DNA from: an uncultured Candidatus Saccharibacteria bacterium
GTDB lineage: Bacteria; Patescibacteriota; Dojkabacteria; SC72; WJKH01
Length of the DNA stretch: 64,000 nt
NCBI GenBank assembly: GCA_964602665.1
Contig: CAZRRH010000004.1
Coordinates: 16,169 to 80,168, forward strand
Reading direction: 5' to 3'
Shown here: positions 30,682-39,904 of the stretch, one piece after another
Layout of the letters: each line of letters begins with the position of its first letter
Numbering within the stretch: position 1 is the stretch's first letter
Program-made: the position numbers and the translations under genes
The notes under the pieces: model-generated
What the model was told of the DNA's origin: nothing
Databases searched by the model: none
Seen by the model: only the letters and a program-made list of their open reading frames with translations

Positions 30682-32043
30682 TCACTTCAATGGATGCCTC
30701 TTCTTATACTCCTGCTCGGCTAACTTATCAGAAGCATGAACATATCGATTAGTAGTATCAAGACTCTCATGTCCCAAAAGAAGCTGCAAAGCTACAGCTG
30801 AAGCTCCATTCTCAGCTAAATAAGTTGCGAAACCGTGACGCAGACTGTGCGCCGAAGTTGGGACTAAAATACCGGCTCTACGCCTATACTGAGCAATTTT
30901 CTCTTGAAAATAGTTAGTCGAAAGCTTGCAAGGCTTAAGTCTATAAGTTTTGCTATAATTTCCCTTTATAACACCATTTTCCTTAGGCTCATCATCTTTA
31001 TTATTATTTCTATCCTTACCAAAAATACCTCTGCCACTAAAAGGGATAAAAAGAGCAGGGGAGTGCAGTGCATCAACTAAATCAGCTCTTCTTATATCTT
31101 CCACAAGGGACAGAGCAGACAGAGATTTCCCATCATAATCATCAGCCAAATCACCAAGAAAATCTTCAATCATTTTAATAACCTTTTTATGTTTCACGAA
31201 TAGTCGCTCGTTTGTTTCACGATTAGTAGTTTTTGAGCCATTAATTTCCCATTTAAATCTAATAATGAGGTACAAATCAAGCCATCTAAGAGCCCTTGGT
31301 GTTAAGTATACAAACCTCTGTTTACGGCCCTTACCAGTTATAAATAGCTTTCCCTCGACATTTACATCGGATATTGACAAGCTCATAAGCTCGCTAATTC
31401 GCATACCACTTGCAAAAAGCATCTCAAGCATGGCTCGATTTCGCATACCAACTCGTTTATCTTTCTCAAACTGCGTTGGGAATTCGATTAACTTAACAAT
31501 GTCGTCAAAATCTGCAAGCTGTTTTTTCTTTTTTGGACTCTTGATCATTTTTATACTATCAGGAGCCAATGGATACGGCTGATCCATTTCAATTAGGTAT
31601 CTCAGATATGACCTTATAGCTGACAACATCCGGTTGGCTGATTTCGCATCCAGTTCGTGATCAGCTTGATGTCTAAAATCGGCGCTCTTACCAGTATAAA
31701 CCTTCTTATATATCTCTTTTAAGACATCTAAGGAGACCTTTTGTTGATCATCGTTTAAATTAGGGGCATCAGGGCTCGCTGTGGTGTTTTGTATTGTAAC
31801 AACAAGCCTTTTTCTCATATTAGCCAAGTCAACAAGGTGATCACAGTTCCTAAGATACCCTTTATATACATCAATATCTTGTTTTGATAACTTAGCAAAG
31901 GGAATTTTATGATTTTGCAGAAATAGGGCAAAGATACTCAAATCACGGGCGTAGTTAATAACAGTTTGTATGCTGTAATTATTATTATGCAAAGAGAGTA
32001 AAAAATCATCTTGTGAAGGTAATTTAATAATTGATCCCGCCAT
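30682..32043 (-). CDS. Tyrosine site-specific recombinase (XerC/XerD/integrase family) with an internal insertion.
   Basis: The N-terminal SAM-like core-binding domain is LSLHNNNYSIQTVINYARDLSIFALFLQ. The catalytic region has RISEL, HSLRHGFATYLAENG, LLGHESLDTTNRYVH (R..HxxR..Y). At 453 aa it is about 120 aa longer than typical Xer proteins. Confidence 0.8.
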   Translation of the reverse strand: MAGSIIKLPSQDDFLLSLHNNNYSIQTVINYARDLSIFALFLQNHKIPFAKLSKQDIDVYKGYLRNCDHLVDLANMRKRLVVTIQNTTASPDAPNLNDDQQKVSLDVLKEIYKKVYTGKSADFRHQADHELDAKSANRMLSAIRSYLRYLIEMDQPYPLAPDSIKMIKSPKKKKQLADFDDIVKLIEFPTQFEKDKRVGMRNRAMLEMLFASGMRISELMSLSISDVNVEGKLFITGKGRKQRFVYLTPRALRWLDLYLIIRFKWEINGSKTTNRETNERLFVKHKKVIKMIEDFLGDLADDYDGKSLSALSLVEDIRRADLVDALHSPALFIPFSGRGIFGKDRNNNKDDEPKENGVIKGNYSKTYRLKPCKLSTNYFQEKIAQYRRRAGILVPTSAHSLRHGFATYLAENGASAVALQLLLGHESLDTTNRYVHASDKLAEQEYKKRHPLK

Positions 32044-32263
32044 TAGGTTTTACTTAATAAGGTTAAATGTTATAGCAATTATAAACTACCCTTTGGCAGA
32101 ATGTCAAGACCGCATATAATGTTGATTATACTCGGTCATATCTGCTGTGTTTTAGTATGCTTTAATAAAAAGAGAAGTACCTACTCTAAGGAGTATTTGT
32201 AAGGTACCAATTTGTGTAATATTTATTTAAATCGTTTTTATTAAACTAGAAAACAATATCGTC

Positions 32264-32380
32264 AAAAAAGGCTGTTGTAGCGCACTAAATACTATAGGTT
32301 AAGCTGAAAGTTATCCACACCGTTGTTTACTATGGGATGTTCCACGCTGCTCCCCTTCCCTTACCATGCCAACAGCAATA
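32264..32380 (-). ncRNA. Candidate small structured RNA in the 317-bp non-coding gap. It has a 7-bp terminal helix followed by a U6 tract. Its class is unresolved; an SRP-RNA-like GGGAGCAGC motif is present.
   Basis: On the minus strand, GCUGUUG at the 5' end pairs with CAACAGC about 95 nt downstream, immediately followed by UUUUUU. The internal GGUAAGGGAAGGGGAGCAGCG resembles the SRP RNA domain IV GGAAGCAGC. It overlaps the last 6 codons of the 32361..33110 ORF. Confidence 0.2.
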
Positions 32381-33110
32381 AAATAATAAAAAACAGCATC
32401 GCTTGTATAAAGCTAAGTATTCTAAATTTCTTCTCGTTAAGGATAAACATTGATATAACAGGCAAAAACGCAAGAAATTCAATCTTCTCGGTAAAAAGCA
32501 TCCCCGCAAGAAATAGCCCTAGAACACTATACGATATCAGGGCACTTTCTTTAAAAATTAGCTCCCTACTCACCTCTAAGTTGACAAAATACATTATTGT
32601 AACAACAAAAACAAGCAAAAACTCAATTAACGCAATAAAATATATAGGCAAATTACTGTTTAATACTGCAAATGAGCCAAAATACACAGTCGCCAGTGAG
32701 AAAATAAAAGAACTACTTTTAGCAACATTTACAAGTGGAAGAGGTTTCTCGGTCCATACGACAAATATATTTACCATCGAGAAAAGTACATAATTAACGA
32801 ACACGAACATTGACACAACAATAAAAAACAGTGCTGATTCATATACTCGTCCAAAACTTGTGTAAAAAAACAAAAAGAGAAAAAACACCTGGGCAAAAAG
32901 CATCAAAGCGCCTTGAAATATAAACAAAATCGCCTTTTTATTTAATACAAAATTAGTTATCCATAACAATCCGATAAATCCAAAGGCCCCAAATCCTAGT
33001 GAGTACAACAAAATTTGATATATTTCGACTGTTTCTCTTTGCAAAAGCTTGATTATAAACATGGCGATACCAATAATCAATGCAACTGCTATCATTTTTG
33101 GCTTTTTCAT
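32361..33110 (-). CDS. Polytopic membrane protein, hypothetical.
   Basis: 249 aa with at least 7 hydrophobic helices. No motif. Confidence 0.55.
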   Translation of the reverse strand: MKKPKMIAVALIIGIAMFIIKLLQRETVEIYQILLYSLGFGAFGFIGLLWITNFVLNKKAILFIFQGALMLFAQVFFLFLFFYTSFGRVYESALFFIVVSMFVFVNYVLFSMVNIFVVWTEKPLPLVNVAKSSSFIFSLATVYFGSFAVLNSNLPIYFIALIEFLLVFVVTIMYFVNLEVSRELIFKESALISYSVLGLFLAGMLFTEKIEFLAFLPVISMFILNEKKFRILSFIQAMLFFIILLLLAW

Positions 33111-33121
33111 AATTTCATCTT

Positions 33122-34153
33122 TTACAACTTAGAAATTATTAATTTCTTCCCCTTCTCTGTTACTACCCTACCTTTTGGCGTCCTCATAAGCAGCCCCATC
33201 TGTATAAGAAAAGGCTCGTAAACATCCTCTACCGTCTCAGCTTCCTCAGAGATGGATGCACAAATCGTTCCAAGTCCAACAGGCCCTCCATCGAAATCTT
33301 CTATTATGGAGACAAGTATTCTTCTATCTATTTCCTCAAGCCCCATTTCATCAATCTGGAGCAGTTCTAGAGCCTTTTTTACAACACTTATACCGATATT
33401 ATCTGCCCCTCCATCATACTCAGCAAAATCACGAACTCTTTTTAGCAATCTAAGAGCAATTCTAGGCGTTCCACGAGATCTACAAGCAAGTTCCCTAATA
33501 GCGTTATCATCAATCTTGATTCTCCAAAGATCTTTTGCCCTCATAAGCACATCACATAAGTCCTCGTTACCAAGATAATCTAATCTCTGCACCAAGCCGA
33601 ATCTGTCTCTCATTGGATTACTTATCATCCCTGCTCTTGTAGTCGCTGCCACGAGTGTAAACGGCTTAAGATCAAGCCTAATCGTCTTAGCAGAAATACC
33701 CTTGCCGATAAGAATATCAAGCTTTTGGTCTTCCATTGCTGGATAAAGTATCTCTTCAACACTTTTACTAAGCCTATGTATTTCATCAATAAAAAGGACA
33801 TCTCCTGTATTAAGATTTGTCAATATTGTAGCAAGATCTCCTTGTTTTTTTATCACAGGGCCACTCGTTATGACTATATTAGCCGACATTTCTTTTGCAA
33901 TAGCAATTGCAAATGTTGTCTTACCAAGTCCTGGAGGGCCATAAAAGAGTATGTGATCAACTGCTTCTTTTCTTTTTCTTGCAGACTCGATCATCATTAA
34001 CAATCTCTTCTTCTCATTAAGACGACCCGCTATTTCATCAAAGGAGCTTGGCCTTATGCTATTAAGCTCTAATGTGTCTTCTAGACGAGGTTTAGAGGCA
34101 ACAAGCTTTTTACTACTTCGATTCAATTTTAACTCTGCTTTATCTCTAATCAT
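33122..34153 (-). CDS. ruvB: Holliday junction branch-migration helicase RuvB.
   Basis: The AAA+ motifs ILFYGPPGLGKTT, DVLFIDEIHRL and sensor residues are present. 343 aa. Confidence 0.95.
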   Translation of the reverse strand: MIRDKAELKLNRSSKKLVASKPRLEDTLELNSIRPSSFDEIAGRLNEKKRLLMMIESARKRKEAVDHILFYGPPGLGKTTFAIAIAKEMSANIVITSGPVIKKQGDLATILTNLNTGDVLFIDEIHRLSKSVEEILYPAMEDQKLDILIGKGISAKTIRLDLKPFTLVAATTRAGMISNPMRDRFGLVQRLDYLGNEDLCDVLMRAKDLWRIKIDDNAIRELACRSRGTPRIALRLLKRVRDFAEYDGGADNIGISVVKKALELLQIDEMGLEEIDRRILVSIIEDFDGGPVGLGTICASISEEAETVEDVYEPFLIQMGLLMRTPKGRVVTEKGKKLIISKL

Positions 34154-34162
34154 ATTTTAATG

Positions 34163-34753
34163 TTATCTTTTCATTACCATTTCAACTAATTGCTCTATTT
34201 TTATATCACTCTTTTCATTGATTAATTCGTTTGCTGTCTTCATTTTTTGTTCAAGCTCCTCTCCTGTAAAACCGAGATTTTTTAATGCCATTTTTAATTC
34301 TTTGAGCAGCGGGTTATCATCAGAGGATCTTCCCGATACCATATGCCCAAAATCGCCATCATCTATTTTACTGCTTAACTCCAGAATTATTTTTTGTGCG
34401 CCTTTTTTACCAAGTCCAGGCACTTTTGATAGCAATACAAAATCTCTTTGCATTATAAGCTCTTTTATCTCGTCTGGGGTATAAACAGATAGTATTGACA
34501 TTGCTATTTTAGGGCCTATTCCAGAGACTTTGATCATTTCATTAAAGTATAGCTTCTCTTCCAAAGAAAGAAATCCGTACAATTGCCAGCTGTCTTCGCG
34601 GATATAATGATAAATTAATATTTCAGCTGTATCTTCTTCGTTGATTAATGATAGATTTCTATCGCTCATTGTAACACCGTAAGTTACTCCACTTGTCGTC
34701 TCAACTTCAAGTGGGTATTTTGAAACGATCTTACCTTTTATCCTTGTGATCAT
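34163..34753 (-). CDS. ruvA: Holliday junction DNA-binding protein RuvA.
   Basis: MITRIKGKI..., with HhH motifs GIGPKIAMSIL and VPGLGKKGAQKII, and a C-terminal domain III. Confidence 0.9.
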   Translation of the reverse strand: MITRIKGKIVSKYPLEVETTSGVTYGVTMSDRNLSLINEEDTAEILIYHYIREDSWQLYGFLSLEEKLYFNEMIKVSGIGPKIAMSILSVYTPDEIKELIMQRDFVLLSKVPGLGKKGAQKIILELSSKIDDGDFGHMVSGRSSDDNPLLKELKMALKNLGFTGEELEQKMKTANELINEKSDIKIEQLVEMVMKR

Positions 34754-34825
34754 AGGAATATTATATCAAATATTTAGAGTAATGCTACTATAATAAATTT
34801 AGCCCAAAACTTTTTGAAATAGCTT

Positions 34826-35332
34826 TTATATAAGCTTTTTAATCGATGCTTCCGCAATCATCGCTATTGCCAAGGCGTCACAAGCATCATCCTGCACAAG
34901 CCCATCGATATTTAACATCATTGACACACATTCTTGGACTTGCTTTTTATCTGCCCTTCCATAACCAGTTATAAACTGTTTAACTTGCAAAGGAGTAAAA
35001 TCAGCCCTACTTACGCCCGCTTTTGCCAAAACTGTAAGAACAACTCCCCTTGCCTGTCCCACAGCAATGGCTGTCTTGGCATTTGAATAAAAGAGTAAAC
35101 TCTCTACGCCGGCAAAATCAGGCTTATATTTTTCAACAATTCCTGTAAGATCATCATATATTTCGCACAATCTTTGCCCTATCTCCTCGCCTTTTGATGT
35201 TGTTATAATGCCATAATTAATGATTTCATAGCTTTTTTCTTGTTTTGAAATATTTTGCAAATCGCATTTAAGAACGGCCCAGCCTGTTGTTGCAAGTCCA
35301 GGATCAATTCCCAAAATAATATTACTGTTCAT
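34826..35332 (-). CDS. ruvC: Crossover junction endodeoxyribonuclease RuvC.
   Basis: IILGIDPGLATTGWAVL has the RNase H-like fold catalytic Asp. 168 aa. Confidence 0.9.
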   Translation of the reverse strand: MNSNIILGIDPGLATTGWAVLKCDLQNISKQEKSYEIINYGIITTSKGEEIGQRLCEIYDDLTGIVEKYKPDFAGVESLLFYSNAKTAIAVGQARGVVLTVLAKAGVSRADFTPLQVKQFITGYGRADKKQVQECVSMMLNIDGLVQDDACDALAIAMIAEASIKKLI

Positions 35333-36161
35333 ACATTGCGCTCATAAATTTACCCCTATCTGCATCAGACCAGACAAGCTGTACATCATCATTTTCCATA
35401 AGCCTTTCGCAGAATTGAGCGATTTTCTCGATTTGCTCATCAGAGTAATCTTTATGAGTTTTACATAATCTAACCACAATAGATTCTTTTATTATGTAGC
35501 CTGTTTTTTCTATTTTATCTCGTACAGAGGCAAGATCTTCAAAATCTGTATAAATTTCAATATCCTGCTCCTCTCCTCCTTGGCCACTATGTCCAATAAA
35601 TATGCTTCTATCTTCAATTATATCCTTTACGCAATCAATTTCCATCATTTCCATTACAACATCATCTTTATTGTAAAGCTGTTCAGTATCATCTTGACCA
35701 AATTTCTGACTTTTTACTTTCTTGGCACATTTTAAAACAATAAGACCTCTTGTCTCAAAATTCCAAGACACAGCGCCTGTTTGAGCCAATATACCCCCCG
35801 CTTCATTAAAAATCTGCCTTATTTCAGAAACTGTCCTGTTCTTATTATCCGTCAAAACATCTATCATGACACCACAATCTCCCATGATTAATCCTTCATA
35901 CGTGAGATTTTCATAAACGACTTTTTCATCGGATGTACCCGCGCCACGAGCAATTGCCCTCTCTATATTAGCAACAGGCATACTCTCTGATTTAGCTTTA
36001 TTTACAAGCAATCTTAGAGTTGGATTTGCGCTCAAATCTGCTCCTCCTTGCATTGCAGCTACAGTAATTAACTGTGCCATTTTAGAGAAAACTTTCCCCT
36101 TTTTTGCATCATTTAAAGCTTTCTTATGCCTAATTGTCGACCATTTACTATGTCCTGACAT
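35322..36161 (-). CDS. yebC: YebC/PmpR-family probable transcriptional regulatory protein.
   Basis: The MSGHSKWSTIRHKKALNDAKKGKVFSK N-terminus is diagnostic of the family. It sits upstream of ruvCAB, as in many bacteria. Confidence 0.9.
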   Translation of the reverse strand: MSGHSKWSTIRHKKALNDAKKGKVFSKMAQLITVAAMQGGADLSANPTLRLLVNKAKSESMPVANIERAIARGAGTSDEKVVYENLTYEGLIMGDCGVMIDVLTDNKNRTVSEIRQIFNEAGGILAQTGAVSWNFETRGLIVLKCAKKVKSQKFGQDDTEQLYNKDDVVMEMMEIDCVKDIIEDRSIFIGHSGQGGEEQDIEIYTDFEDLASVRDKIEKTGYIIKESIVVRLCKTHKDYSDEQIEKIAQFCERLMENDDVQLVWSDADRGKFMSAMYEQ

Positions 36162-36220
36162 TCTTTTTAAATTTTAAATGCTAAATTTTAAATTTTAAAT
36201 TATTAAGAAGTGTTTCGTAA

Positions 36221-37213
36221 CTAATTTATTATTATAACGATATCTCCTGTATTCATGAAATCGGGTCTTTCTTCAACTATAACAACATCTATTATAAACA
36301 AACTGCGCACAATATTCAAGCTCTGCGCGAATTTCTCTTTGTCACTGACAAAAATAGTCGTCTTATCATATGAAACGGGACAATTGCCGTATCTTATAAC
36401 ATTAAACCCTAGATTTGTGAGAATACGACTATATAAACTTGCCATACCAGAAGATGAGCCTGCATTATACACTTCTACGCGCGCTTGTTCTTTTTTAACT
36501 TGCTTATCAAAAAATACCGCGCTATTGGAATTTATTGTTGAATCAATTTTACTTGTATTGAGCTTGTAAACAAACTCTCCCGTAGAAATAAGCTCCTCTA
36601 CAAGATAATCGTTTTCTATTTTTATTATCTGAGTTTTTTTCGCAATTTGCTTAAGCTCGAACCATTTCTGCAACAGCTCTTTATAATTTAAATTGCTTAC
36701 CATGTCAGCATAATATAGTCCTAATTTATCATTCAAAAACAAATCAGTAATCTGAGTGTTTTTTCTAAACAATTTATTAATGTCCACATCTTCATCAGAG
36801 TATTCAATAGCTATTAAAGAGTTAATTTTCAGAGCAAATTGATTACCAAGTTTCTGGGTCAATAAAGAATATCCTCCACCAAAAGAGTCATTTAGTCCAA
36901 AGTGATTTATTGTAGAAAACCTCTCTTCGCCAATATATACCCATGAGGGTATATAGAATATTAATGCAGTAGCGTTTTCAGCGTTCTGCACAAAAAGAAA
37001 TCCGTGCATAATTTCGTTTGTCCCTTTTTCATAATCTCGCTTTTCAAGAACAAGAAGCGTCGTTTCAACACTTCTTTCTTGATTGTTAATAAAAACCTGA
37101 TCATTAATCAAAGGCTCTTTATTAAGATAATTAGATATATGTAATACTCGATATCCTATCAAGAGGAATCCAATAATAATTAAAAGCGCAAGTATTATTC
37201 TTAACTTCTTCAT
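36221..37213 (-). CDS. LytR-CpsA-Psr (LCP) family cell-envelope protein with a LytR_C-like C-terminal domain.
   Basis: An N-terminal transmembrane anchor. The C-terminal VEVYNAGSSSGMASLYSRILTNLGFNVIRYGNCPVSYDKTTIFV matches the LytR_C pattern. Confidence 0.55.
   Translation of the reverse strand: MKKLRIILALLIIIGFLLIGYRVLHISNYLNKEPLINDQVFINNQERSVETTLLVLEKRDYEKGTNEIMHGFLFVQNAENATALIFYIPSWVYIGEERFSTINHFGLNDSFGGGYSLLTQKLGNQFALKINSLIAIEYSDEDVDINKLFRKNTQITDLFLNDKLGLYYADMVSNLNYKELLQKWFELKQIAKKTQIIKIENDYLVEELISTGEFVYKLNTSKIDSTINSNSAVFFDKQVKKEQARVEVYNAGSSSGMASLYSRILTNLGFNVIRYGNCPVSYDKTTIFVSDKEKFAQSLNIVRSLFIIDVVIVEERPDFMNTGDIVIIIN
36934..36955. repeat. Copy of the palindromic element TATATACCC-ATGA-GGGTATATA, in frame inside the LCP gene (encodes YIPSWVY).
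   Basis: Perfect 9-bp inverted arms with a 4-nt centre. The same arms recur at 38330, 43044 and 52566. Confidence 0.5.
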
Positions 37214-37511
37214 ATGTTAATTTTGTGTTATTTTTACTTATAAGGCAATGTCTTATAAGTTTACTATCCTTACTGTTGTTTTAAATGCATAACATGTCCC
37301 GTTTTTGTCTGTGTTACGTAAATGTTATTTAATTTATCCTTTATCTAAGTCACTTTTTAAGGTTGATCTTTTTGGCTCTCAATTAAGATTATCAGCATAG
37401 CGTTTTTCATGAATACAGCATTTAAGCAAATTCTTTTTATTGTTCACATGATTTAAACATCAAGAGATTGTTCCGTCTTGATAACACTATCCATGAAAAA
37501 TACCCGATAAC

Positions 37512-38465
37512 TTACCACTTTGAAGACTCAAACTCCTCAAACCCTATAGTATCGTAAAACCCCTCTGAAAACACTTTGTTATCATATTCAAATCCAATAT
37601 GTATAGACCAAAGATCTATAGCTTTTGGCACAAGATACTCTTTGCCATAAAGTGTATCCCCAACAATAATCATCCCTAGCGCTTTTAAAGTAGCCCTAAT
37701 CTGATGATTTCTCCCAGTAAGAAGCTTTATAAGCAACCTGTTCTTACCGATAATTCTAAGTTCCAAAATAGCTTTCCTATACCCCCTAGGAGTATAAAAG
37801 TCATCTTTATACTTAAAGATTTTACCCGTCTCCATTTTATCAATTCCTTCAAGCTTAAAAGACCTACGGATTCTTTTTTTTCTATCTCTTATAATTCCCC
37901 CATAAACCCTGTAAACATAACCTTTTTCAAATTTACCTGCTAGCTCTTTGACATTGGCAATATAATATTTCTGAATTCCTCTTTCTAAAAACAAGCGTGA
38001 GAGCTCATTTTGCCCTTTAGTATTCTTCGCAAAAACCATAATACCTCCAACAGGTTTGTCTAATCTGTGCACGATACCATTTCTAGGCATTTCTTTATCT
38101 ATAAGACCTGTTTTTGCAAGGATTGCAGCCGTTTTAAGTACATCATCTCCTCGGTTTTTTATAGCAAATAAGAAGTCTTCATATTGTGCAGTGATTTGAG
38201 CATCCTGACCCTCTATATCAATTTCAGAAAAAGAACGCTTTGATGCATCCTCTAAAAGTGTCTCATCAAATAAATACTCCTCGCCTGCCTGCACAATGCA
38301 CGATGGCTTTACATTACTACCATCGACTTTATATACCCCACTGGGTATATACTTCTTGATAAAACTACGGGTACGATTTATGCCAACCCCCTTATTTAAT
38401 AAATCAGTAAGAGCGACATCCAATCTTTGTCCCCCGTAGTTATTTGGGATTAAGATTTTTTTCAT
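37512..38465 (-). CDS. rluD: RluA-family 23S rRNA pseudouridine synthase (RluD-like) with an N-terminal S4-like domain.
   Basis: The catalytic motif HRLDKPVGGIMVFAKN (HRLD) and NHQIRATL are present. 317 aa. Confidence 0.85.
   Translation of the reverse strand: MKKILIPNNYGGQRLDVALTDLLNKGVGINRTRSFIKKYIPSGVYKVDGSNVKPSCIVQAGEEYLFDETLLEDASKRSFSEIDIEGQDAQITAQYEDFLFAIKNRGDDVLKTAAILAKTGLIDKEMPRNGIVHRLDKPVGGIMVFAKNTKGQNELSRLFLERGIQKYYIANVKELAGKFEKGYVYRVYGGIIRDRKKRIRRSFKLEGIDKMETGKIFKYKDDFYTPRGYRKAILELRIIGKNRLLIKLLTGRNHQIRATLKALGMIIVGDTLYGKEYLVPKAIDLWSIHIGFEYDNKVFSEGFYDTIGFEEFESSKW
38330..38351. repeat. Copy of the palindromic element TATATACCC-CACT-GGGTATATA, in frame inside the rluD-like gene (encodes YIPSGVY).
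   Basis: Perfect 9-bp arms. The encoded IPSGVYKVD is identical to the peptide encoded at the 52566 copy. Confidence 0.5.
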
Positions 38466-39175
38466 ATTTTAATAGATACAGAAGGTTTGCGCACATCTTT
38501 ATAATATCTATACAAAGTCAACAAGTGTATCGCAAGTACAATTACAAGGTTTACCTTATCTGTGATTGTCATATACCCTTGCAAGAATATCACTGCAAGA
38601 TTTGCAAATATTACCAGTGACAAAATGAGCTCGTAGACAAACACTTTACCAGCCACAAATACTGCGAGTTTTTTATTTATCCTATCTGCAGTAAGGAATA
38701 TAATGTCAAGAACCCCAGCAGCGATGATAAAAGGCAATGCAGTACCATCCCTTGCCAAGACAGAGTAAATCGAGATCATAGCTACAATAGCTAAATATGC
38801 TGTTCCAAAAACAACCCTATACATCTCTTGCCAGCTCCACTTTTTCATATATGAGATGTAAAAATAAGCAAAAATTAATAAGCCAGCAAATATCCCAGTA
38901 AAAAGGAAGAAACCATCCCAAACAGCGATCATTTTCCAAGGAAGTTGTCTAAACCAATAAATTTTATCTCCGTAAAGCTCATATGGCGAGTAAAACCATC
39001 CCACAGACATAAATTCATCCCATCTTGATGTGATGTAAGATAATCTTCCCCACAAAAGCATAAATATACTGCCTAAAATCCACACATCAAATATTGAGTT
39101 GTTATCCTTCTGTATTCTTTTGCACTCATGCCAAAAAACATAAAATGCCACCAAGAAAAGAATAATAAAATACAT
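38462..39175 (-). CDS. Polytopic membrane protein, hypothetical.
   Basis: 237 aa with at least 6 hydrophobic helices. Its stop overlaps the rluD start (ATGA-type). No motif. Confidence 0.5.
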   Translation of the reverse strand: MYFIILFLVAFYVFWHECKRIQKDNNSIFDVWILGSIFMLLWGRLSYITSRWDEFMSVGWFYSPYELYGDKIYWFRQLPWKMIAVWDGFFLFTGIFAGLLIFAYFYISYMKKWSWQEMYRVVFGTAYLAIVAMISIYSVLARDGTALPFIIAAGVLDIIFLTADRINKKLAVFVAGKVFVYELILSLVIFANLAVIFLQGYMTITDKVNLVIVLAIHLLTLYRYYKDVRKPSVSIKI

Positions 39176-39177
39176 AA

Positions 39178-39870
39178 TTATTTTCTCTTTTTTGATTTAT
39201 TCTTGCTTTTTTTTGCCTTTTTAGTCGGAGCTGTAGCAAAAACTTCCGCTTCTTTCTCCTGTTTTTTGGGCTTCTTAGGAAATATCTTGTCGAATATATT
39301 GTCAACTTTCTCAAAAAGCTTCTCTAATCTTACTTTATTAGCATATTTAGGCCTTTGAGGCATATTCTCGATATTGTCAAAATCAGGCTTATTTTCGACC
39401 ACATTTTCTTTAGCTATTGTCGCAGTTGCTCCACAATATGGGCAAAATTTCCAATTCTTATCAATCATCGCGCCACAGCTACACTTAACTTTGATTATAT
39501 TATTACAATTAGGACAATTAACAAAACCTGGGCGTAACTGGAATCCACATTTCTCGCACTCTCCTAAATCAGCAGTTTCAAATAACAAATATCTTCTCTC
39601 AAGATCAGCCCAGTAAGCCTCCTCCAAAGTATCTTTTGGCCTTATTATGAAGTAAATCAAAAGGCCTGGGAGATTAAGCACCAAAACTAAGATCACTGAA
39701 AATATCTGTATGTACTTATTTTTTGTTCTTGAAATTATATCGTTATATATCCACCAAGCTACAAATAGCCAAAACACAAAAAAAAGAATCAGAACAACGG
39801 TTTTTATCTGACCATAATCAGCTCTTAGCGTGTTCTCGATAAACTGCTCTAGCCCTTCCTCAAATGTCAT
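39178..39870 (-). CDS. Membrane-anchored double zinc-ribbon protein with a Lys-rich C-terminal tail.
   Basis: The transmembrane helices are followed by CEKCGFQLRPGFVNCPNCNN...CSCGAMIDKNWKFCPYCGAT (two C4 ribbons). The C-terminus is KKPKKQEKEAEVFATAPTKKAKKSKNKSKKRK. Confidence 0.6.
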   Translation of the reverse strand: MTFEEGLEQFIENTLRADYGQIKTVVLILFFVFWLFVAWWIYNDIISRTKNKYIQIFSVILVLVLNLPGLLIYFIIRPKDTLEEAYWADLERRYLLFETADLGECEKCGFQLRPGFVNCPNCNNIIKVKCSCGAMIDKNWKFCPYCGATATIAKENVVENKPDFDNIENMPQRPKYANKVRLEKLFEKVDNIFDKIFPKKPKKQEKEAEVFATAPTKKAKKSKNKSKKRK

Positions 39871-39904
39871 ACAGATTTTAATTAAAATTTAATAAATATA
39901 AAAT

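Noticed and set aside
32264-32380. Confident assignment of the intergenic RNA candidate as SRP (4.5S) RNA.
   Set aside because: The GGAAGCAGC-like motif sits near the 5' end rather than at the hairpin apex, and I could not fold a convincing domain IV by eye. It is reported only as an unclassified candidate.
36162-36220. AT-rich AAATTTTAAATT direct repeats between yebC and the LCP gene.
   Set aside because: A short low-complexity A/T tract in an AT-rich genome, with no extended periodicity or spacer structure. It is not CRISPR-like.
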